Source of the DNA: Mytilus edulis
Taxonomy: Eukaryota
Length of the DNA stretch: 64,000 nucleotides
NCBI RefSeq assembly: GCF_963676685.1
Contig: NC_092354.1
Span: 38,936,001-39,000,000, forward strand
Reading direction: 5' to 3'
Within the stretch, counting starts at the first letter, position 1. Each line of letters opens with the position of its first letter. The translations under genes were made by a program, and so were the position numbers. The notes beneath the pieces were generated by a model. That model made no database searches. It worked only from the letters and a program-made list of their open reading frames with translations, and was not told where the DNA came from. Of this stretch, positions 57,101 to 64,000 are shown in pieces.

Positions 57101-60100
57101 ACCATGTATTTAGATTTTTAATATTTGGGCCCGGTCATCAAATTGGTCCACATTGAGGTCTAAAGGGTCTAAAATTGAACATTATTTGATTTCATCAAAA
57201 ATTTAATTCTGCGGGTTCTATGTTATGCTGAATCTAACCATGCATTTAGATTTTGGATATTGGACCATAATAGGTAAATGTCCAATTTAAAAATTAAGTT
57301 TAAGTTCTTAGACCACATTCATTCTGTGTCAGAAACCTATGTTGTGTCAACTATTTAATCACAATCCAAGTTCAGAGCTGTATCAAGCTTAAATGTTGTG
57401 TCCATACTTGCCCCAACTGTTCAGGGTTCGACCTCTGCGGTCGTATAAAACTGCGCCCTAGCGGAGCATCTGGTTATCTTTTATCTTTAAACCAAAAGCT
57501 AATTTTCTTACCTCATTCTTTCTGTGTTTATAATTGTATGTATATATATATAAATCTGTTATTTTCCAATGTTATTCCCTTTTACTTTCAGTTTGTACAT
57601 ATGTTCTTTTCTAATCTCTTAATATTTCAGGTTTTTTTCTTTTCCCTAATTATTTCCAATGTATAATATATTCTGTAAACTCCATTCAAACACTCGTTGA
57701 TCAGAGGAGAAGGATTGAGTTGTATATTTATAATAAATACAGTTGTCACTAGAGAAAAACTAATAGTTGTTTCCTGTCAGTCCAGTGTCAAGTATTGCAC
57801 GCATTTTACGATTATAATTTTTTTTTTATCAAAACACAACTCTCTTTTCCAAAAATAAACCCAGTTTTTGTTGTTTTAAATTCACTAGATATCTGATATA
57901 CATGTAGTTTTGCTCTGTTTTCATTATTAAGTGCCAGTCTTTGTAAGAATCAGGCAATTTAGGTAAAAATTAAAACATGATTAGAAAAAACCCACCGAGC
58001 TAATCATGCTATTTAATACTAACCATCATCCTGAGTTAAAATTAATTGGTCTTTTGTTTGTGTGTGTCTGGTAATATCAAATAACTTGGTTAGAAAATTG
58101 GTTAGATTGATAGCAAATTACAGAGTTATCTCCCCTTTTTTGTTAATTTCTAGTGCATTTCAACCAAATTGTATCTATTATTACCAGAACAGAAAATGGA
58201 AATAAATGTTATTTTTGTGCATAACTACATATTATGAACTGAAATCAATGTCAAATAGGGTGGGTTTTTTTTATCATGTTTTCACCACTGCCTAATTCAA
58301 TTACAAACTAAAATAATACAAACAGTTGATTATGTCTCTTTATTTCTTTTCCCTAAAATAAGTATATACGGACAGCATATATATAATCTACCAATGGCAA
58401 GTATTTTACTTCTTCAAAAAAATTGTTTTTTTGTGTGTTATCATCTATCAGTCAGAGATATAACTCTATAGGGTTATTACAGAAAATAACTTGTGTGTGT
58501 TTTTACAGATTTTCTTCCTAAAATATTCTAAATCTGTAATAACATATGTTTGTTATTTGTAAAATTATTTCATTTATAGTGGGCTCTAGGGAACTCTTGA
58601 GACTCTGCGCAGAAACTAAATGCATAGCCTTGATAACTAATTTCTTAAGTAAATTAATACATTTTTGATTAACTATGATAAATCAATGAGTTGAGGCTAT
58701 TAAGGGATAAACTTAGCTGTAATAACAAGGCTAAGTTATTAAAGGAATGTAACTTATTATATAAGACACTTGGGAATCACTGAGAAACTTGCGCAGAACC
58801 TCATTACATGCTCTGGTCATTATTTCTTACAATAAATTAAAATACATTGTAATAAAGCATGATCTATGTCTGAGCAAATCCTTTGAAGTGATATAGAGAA
58901 GCTGTGATAACACCCTTTAGTTATTTCAGGCATATTTTTTCTGTGATAACATATAGGTGTATTATGCAAAATGGCAAACTATGAACTGTTATATCTTTCA
59001 ATAGTTAAGTATACATATAGACAAACGTAATATCAATAGAACTTTTACAAATTTAAACAACATTAATTAGGAGATAACTGTATTGTATTTTAAGCTCCGA
59101 CGGCATCAATTGGGGATTTGATGGTCGCAAATTAAGTTTACTGGCGACGCGTTAGCGGAGACAGTAAACGGGTATTTGCGACCATCAAATCCCCAATTGA
59201 TGCCGTCGGAGCTTAAAATATAATATTGTTATCTCCATTCTAATGAAACTGACAGAAAACAACGTTAAAACATGTATTTAAAATCTGGAATATGCCGTCT
59301 GCGCTTGCGCGTACGTCCCATAGCATCAATTGTCAATTGATGCCATGTAAATAAGTGACGTTATCCAATCAAAAGGAACGTTATAAACGTTGTTGCATTA
59401 GAATGATGTATATTGTCCCTTTGAAACATGTAACATACGTATGTTATCACAGTTCTTTGATTTTTTAGTCTACAATAACAAATGTATGTTATTTTCCTGT
59501 AATAACCCTATAGAGTTATATCCATGACTGTCTATGGTTTCTAGTCTTCATTTTTTTTTAATGTTTTTAAACTTTCGAAAATTCCATCTAGAAACCGATG
59601 TAGAAAAGTACATCAAATGGTGCTTAATAGCTTGTAGTTACATTTTCTTTTCCAATACAACTGGCTAATAGGACCTAAATGGTGCTATTAGGATAAATTT
59701 ATCGGTTATCAAGAGCTTAATTGGCAGCACGTCATCCCAACAATGGCTTCCATTTTCACGATTGTAAAAATTGACTAAGTAGAATCCTGGCTGTAATTGA
59801 ATGTTATGAAACTAATACACAATGCTTATAACAACAATCATAACAATACTTAGAACAAGTAGGAATTTGGTAAGCTTAACTTTTCACCGTTCTTGAGTGA
59901 TGTCCCTTTATAGCGTTATATGCAAGCGATGTATAATTTGTGTCCGTGGGCGGATATAGGGGGACATGGGTCCCGCCCCCCTTTTTCTGGGAAAAAATTT
60001 GGTTGATTATATAGGGAATCAATGGAGCATGATTGGAGCGGTCCCTCCCTTAGGCAGGCAGTAGGCCCCCACTTATAAAAATTGCTGGATCCGCCACTGG

Positions 60101-63100
60101 TGTCCTACGGCTATGTACACATTCTTTTCTTTTTTCAGATTGAGATTTATTAGAATAATCACAACCGGAAGCGGAAGTATAGGAATATAATGTTTTTTTT
60201 CCTCTTTCAGGCTGGAATTTATTAGAATATCAGATCGAGATCATCATTGGAGTTGTGCTATGTATACTATCGCTGATACTAACGTTAGCGTACAACAGAG
60301 ACAGAGCGCCATCTATGTTACTGGCGCCAATTATTACAAGCGCGATTGCAGGTATGATCTTTTTTGGTGTTTTCATTGTTTAATATAAAATTGAGAATGG
60401 AAATGCGGAATGTGTCAAAGAGACAACAACCCGACCATATATAGAATAAACATTCTTTTTACTTACATCAATGCACTTTTATTTGCAAAAAAGTTGTTTT
60501 AAAAAATGTGTCGGAATGAGTTATTTTATTTAAGATAACAAACATGTAGGTATAGAGATTATATATGTTTTCGTGTTTTCGTGTCTGATTTTTATACGAC
60601 CGCAAATTTTGAAAAAATTTTCGTCTTATATTGCTATCACGTTGGCGTCGGCGTCGTCGTCGTCGTCGTCGTCGTCCGGCGTCCGAATACTTTTAGTTTT
60701 CGCACTCTAACTTTAGTAAAAGTGAATAGAAATCTATGAAATTTTAACACAAGGTTTATGACCATAAAAGGAAGGTTGGTATCGATTTTGGGAGTTTTGG
60801 TCCCAACATTTTAGGAATAAGGGGCCAGAAAGGGCCCAAATAAGCATTTTCTTGGTTTTCGCACCATAACTTTAGTTTAAGTTAATAGAAATCTATGAAA
60901 TTTTGACACAAGGTTTATGACCACAAAAGAAAGATTGGGATTGATTTTGGGAGTTTTGGTTTCAATAGTTTAGGAATAAGGGGCCAATAAAGGGCCCAAA
61001 TAAGCATTTTTCTTGGTTTTTGCACAATAACCTTAGGTTAAGTAAATGGAAATCTATGAAATTTAAACACAATGTTTATGACCACAAAAGGAAGGTTGGT
61101 ATTGATTTTGGGAGTTTAGGACCCAACAGATTAGGAATTAGGGGCCAAAAAGGGACCCAAATAAGCATTTTTCTTGGTTTTCGCACTATAATGTTAGTAT
61201 AAGTAAATACAAATCTATGAAATTTAAACACAAGGCTTATGACCATAAAAGGAAGGTTGGTATTGATTTTGGGAGTTTTGGTCCCAACAGTTTAGGAAAA
61301 AGGGGCCCAAAGGGTCCAAAATTAAACTTTGTTTGATTTCATCAAAATTGAATAATTGGGGTTCTTTGATATGCCGAATCTAACTGTATATGTAGATTCT
61401 CAACTTTTGGTCCCGTTTTCAAATTGGTCTACATTAAGGTCCAAAGGGTCCAAAATTAAACTTAGTTTGATTTTGACAAAAAATGAATCGGTTGGGTTCT
61501 TTGATATGTTGAATCTAAAAATGTACTTAGATTCTTGATTATTGAAGTTTTTTTGGTCCAGTTTTCAAATTGGTCTACATTAAGGTCCAAAGGGTCCAAA
61601 ATTAAACTTTGTTTGATTTCATCAAAAATTGAATCCTTGGGGTTCTTTGATATGCCAAATCTAACTGTGTATGTAGATTCTTCATTTTTGGTCCTGTTTT
61701 CAAATTTCAAATTCTACATTAAAGTCCAAAGGGTCCAAAATTAAACTAAGTTTGATTTTAACAAAAATTGAATTCTTGGGCCTCTTTGATATGCTGAATC
61801 TAAACATGTACTTAGATTTTTGATTATGGGCCCAGTTTTCAAGTTGGTCCAAATCAGGATCTAAAATTATTATATTAAGTATTGTGCAATAGCAAGTCTT
61901 TTCAATTGCACAGTATTGTGCAATGGCAAGAAATATCTAATTGCACAATATTGTGAAATAGCAAATTTTTTTTTAATTAGAGTTATCTTTCTTTGTCCAG
62001 AATATTAAGCAAGAAATATCCTATTTGTGCAATAGCAAGAATTTTTTTTAATTGGAGTTATCTTTCTTTGTCCAGAATCAACTTAAATCTTTGTTATATA
62101 CAATATACAATGTATATACACTTTTTACTACCAACTGATAAATTTAAATAATCTTTACCATTCAGTGATAACAAGCAGTTTTTTTACATCTTAATATTTT
62201 ATGATGTATTTAAATGAGTAGTTATTGTTGCAAACTCCATTAGAAATTTGAATTGATATCAGTTTTGAAAAAGGGAAACGGGGATGTGAAAAAAAAAGGG
62301 GGGGGGGGTTAAATTTTTCTCATTTCAGATTTCATAAATAAAAAGAAAATTTCTTCAAACATTTTTTTGAGAGGATTAATATTCAACAGCATAGTGATTT
62401 GCTCAAAGGCAAAAAAAACCTTTTAAGTTCATTAGACCACATTCATTCTGTGTCAGAAACCTATGCTGTGTCAACTATTTAATTTTAGATTTAAAAAGTT
62501 TGAAGAAGAAATCTTTAATTGATTTGTAAAATCTTGGCATTTGTTTTGTGTAAAAAAAAACCATGTAATGTCAAAAATTTGATCACAATCCAAATTCAGA
62601 GCTGTATCATGCTTGAATGTTTTGTCCATACTTGCCCCAACTGTTCAGGGTTCGACCTCTGCGGTCGTATAAAGCTGCGCCCTGCGGAGCACCTGTTTTT
62701 TTTATGTTTTAAATTTTTAAATCCATTACTCTCTTTTTTTTACCTGTTATGTTCGTAGCATGGAAGTTAACATTTAATTTAGGACAGCGTATGTCATAAT
62801 GGCGTAAACAATGAGCAAAATCCATACCTCATAGTCTGCTATATATAAAGGCTCCAAAATGACAATGATCGTACCTCTGGTTCAACCCCTATGGATTTTA
62901 CTTACCCTCTATGGATCCGTAGGGGGTCAGTTGCAAACCATATAACTTATTATGTGTAACAATTCAAACGAGAAAACTAACAGCCTGATTTATGTTCAAA
63001 ATGTGTTAATTCCGTTATCAAATGAATTTTCGTGAATCATTTTGCATGATAAAATGACACTGGTTTATAAATTGTAATCAATGAAAAAAATATTTAAAAC

Positions 63101-63619
63101 AAAAATATATAGGACCCTGACCAACTTTAAAATATTGAAAGTTGACATAGGCATCATATATATTATATATATAAATCGTGGTTTTATTGGGAACGTGTAT
63201 TGCTGAATAGCACCAATCGTATCATGCGTATTAATATACGTCTGTGTAATTTTATTCAAAACATCGTATATCGTAAACAAGACTGAAACTTTATGACACA
63301 TTGCTCGACCGCCCCCCCCCCCCCCCTTTTCCCCCCCTTGCTGAAAAAAGGTCTGGATTATGGGGTCTTTCATTTCTGTATTCTTTACTGCTTTAGCCAT
63401 TTTTCTCTATTCTTGTAAATTTGTCAGAATATCCTTTTTTTAGGAGGAGCAACCGGGGTGGCAGTTTGGCGGTGGCTTACTGGAGTAATTGTTGTGGCAA
63501 CACAGACGAACATAAACATTGAAATTCCTTATTCCATTATATTAAGTGGACTCGGTGGAATATTTTGTTTCATTTTAATGATTTTATTAATCGTCATGTA
63601 CAGGCAGCACACTCGATAA
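54183..63619 (+). CDS. Four-TM claudin/PMP22-superfamily-like protein, 188 aa (exons 54183-54432, 60211-60351, 63444-63619)
   Basis: TM1 then SPGW...MGFFY, three more hydrophobic helices, and PYSIIL before TM4. Phase-1 GT-AG junctions, 567 nt in total. Confidence 0.75.
54891..56190. mobile_element. Non-autonomous DNA transposon with 5-bp TSD
   Basis: ATGGT|CAGTGGCGTAGCT...AGCTACGCGCATG|ATGGT. Subterminal gtgtacgcccg appears near both ends. Confidence 0.75.
56280..56692. mobile_element. TTAA-flanked MITE (Kolobok-like)
   Basis: TTAA|GGAAGTTCGCT...AGCGAACATCC|TTAA. Confidence 0.7.
56784..57472 (+). mobile_element. Helentron-associated (HINE-type) element, short copy
   Basis: Sub-terminal inverted repeat TTTATACGACCGCA / TGCGGTCGTATAAA, GTC microsatellite and internal tandem units shared with 60590-62695. 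Confidence 0.75.
58449..59530. mobile_element. Non-autonomous DNA transposon, ~42-bp TIRs, 5-bp TSD, carrying a fold-back insert
   Basis: TCTAT|CAGTCAGAGATATAACTCTATAGGGTTATTACAG...CTGTAATAACCCTATAGAGTTATATCCATGACTG|TCTAT. Confidence 0.75.
59070..59236. repeat. Long near-perfect palindrome (fold-back element)
   Basis: tattttaagctccgacggcatcaattggggatttgatggtcgcaaat and its exact reverse complement flank a ggcgacgcgttagcgg centre. Confidence 0.9.
59945..60099. mobile_element. Short MITE with 5-bp TSD
   Basis: GTGTC|CGTGGGCGGAT...ATCCGCCACTG|GTGTC. Confidence 0.7.
60590..62695 (+). mobile_element. Helentron-associated (HINE-type) element carrying two satellite-like tandem arrays
   Basis: Same sub-TIR pair as 56784-57472 and (GTC)n. 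About four ~161-bp units (60695-61310), then four to five ~140-bp units (61310-61860), and a GC-rich 3' end. Confidence 0.8.
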
Positions 63620-64000
63620 CGTCAGAACAGGAACCAATGACTTAAGAAAGGGACTTTTTTTCTGATGTCGCAATGGCAGCACATCTTCCAGAACAATTGA
63701 ATTCACAGCAATTAACACAGCAACAGACGAATATTGGCTTTTAATGAAGGTCATCTAAAGCATACACTTTTGATATGTTATTTTCTCATGCAAGCTGTAC
63801 CAAATCATCTTTCGTTGTGTTGGCGTACTAATGCGCCGTTTCAAAATCAAATTGATTCTGGGTAATGTTTTCAAAATTGAACACCAAAACGTCGTAAATC
63901 GTCAGTTAAAAAACAAATAATATATCTTTATTGCAAAATTACACCCATAAGTGTCAAGCAATATTAACAAACAATTATACATTTAAAATACAATGCAATA

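Noticed and set aside
60140-60180. Possible extra exon of the claudin-like gene
   Set aside because: It is a short decayed duplicate of the exon 2 start. The equivalent frame hits TAA within a few codons.
61020-61744. Short ORFs with repeated peptides (also 56559-57031 and 27809-28209)
   Set aside because: These are translations of tandem or dispersed DNA repeats with no coding signature.
63620-63745. Longer C-terminal tail for the claudin-like protein
   Set aside because: It needs two separate indels to stay in frame and cannot be supported without reads or homologues.

Overview
AT-rich, intron-containing animal DNA. The repeat families, tandem HSPA12 genes and RING-less B-box/NHL genes point to a bivalve, probably Mytilus-like (inference). 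Host genes: the last exon of one HSPA12 paralogue, a complete 4-coding-exon HSPA12 paralogue, two B-box/coiled-coil/beta-propeller (TRIM-like) genes, one with a broken B-box1, a Neuralized-repeat gene and a 4-TM claudin/PMP22-like gene. The main feature is an apparently intact 17,931-bp Polinton/Maverick (endogenous adintovirus-like element) at 17495-35425. It has AGTAGT termini and a perfect 6-bp TSD (CAAAGT) and lies in the first coding-region intron of HSPA12. Its left ~10 kb is an intronless, tightly overlapping core: integrase, penton, basic core protein, major capsid, protease, packaging ATPase and pPolB. Its right ~7 kb looks almost empty in the ORF track but resolves by hand into a spliced accessory region: (1) a 3-exon PC4-like/poly-Glu/SIM gene; (2) a 2-exon BC-box gene whose start overlaps that gene's stop; (3) an antisense membrane-anchored PC4-like gene nested in the BC-box gene's intron; (4) a 4-exon type I membrane protein gene with two alternative last exons, one of whose acceptors can be hidden in a 22-bp RNA helix. 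Telomere repeats mark the inner edge of both TIR regions. Outside the element are a hammerhead retrozyme, a tRNA-containing TRIM, Penelope-like fragments, Helentron-type elements and several MITEs. All gene models and family calls come from manual reading, with no database searches.
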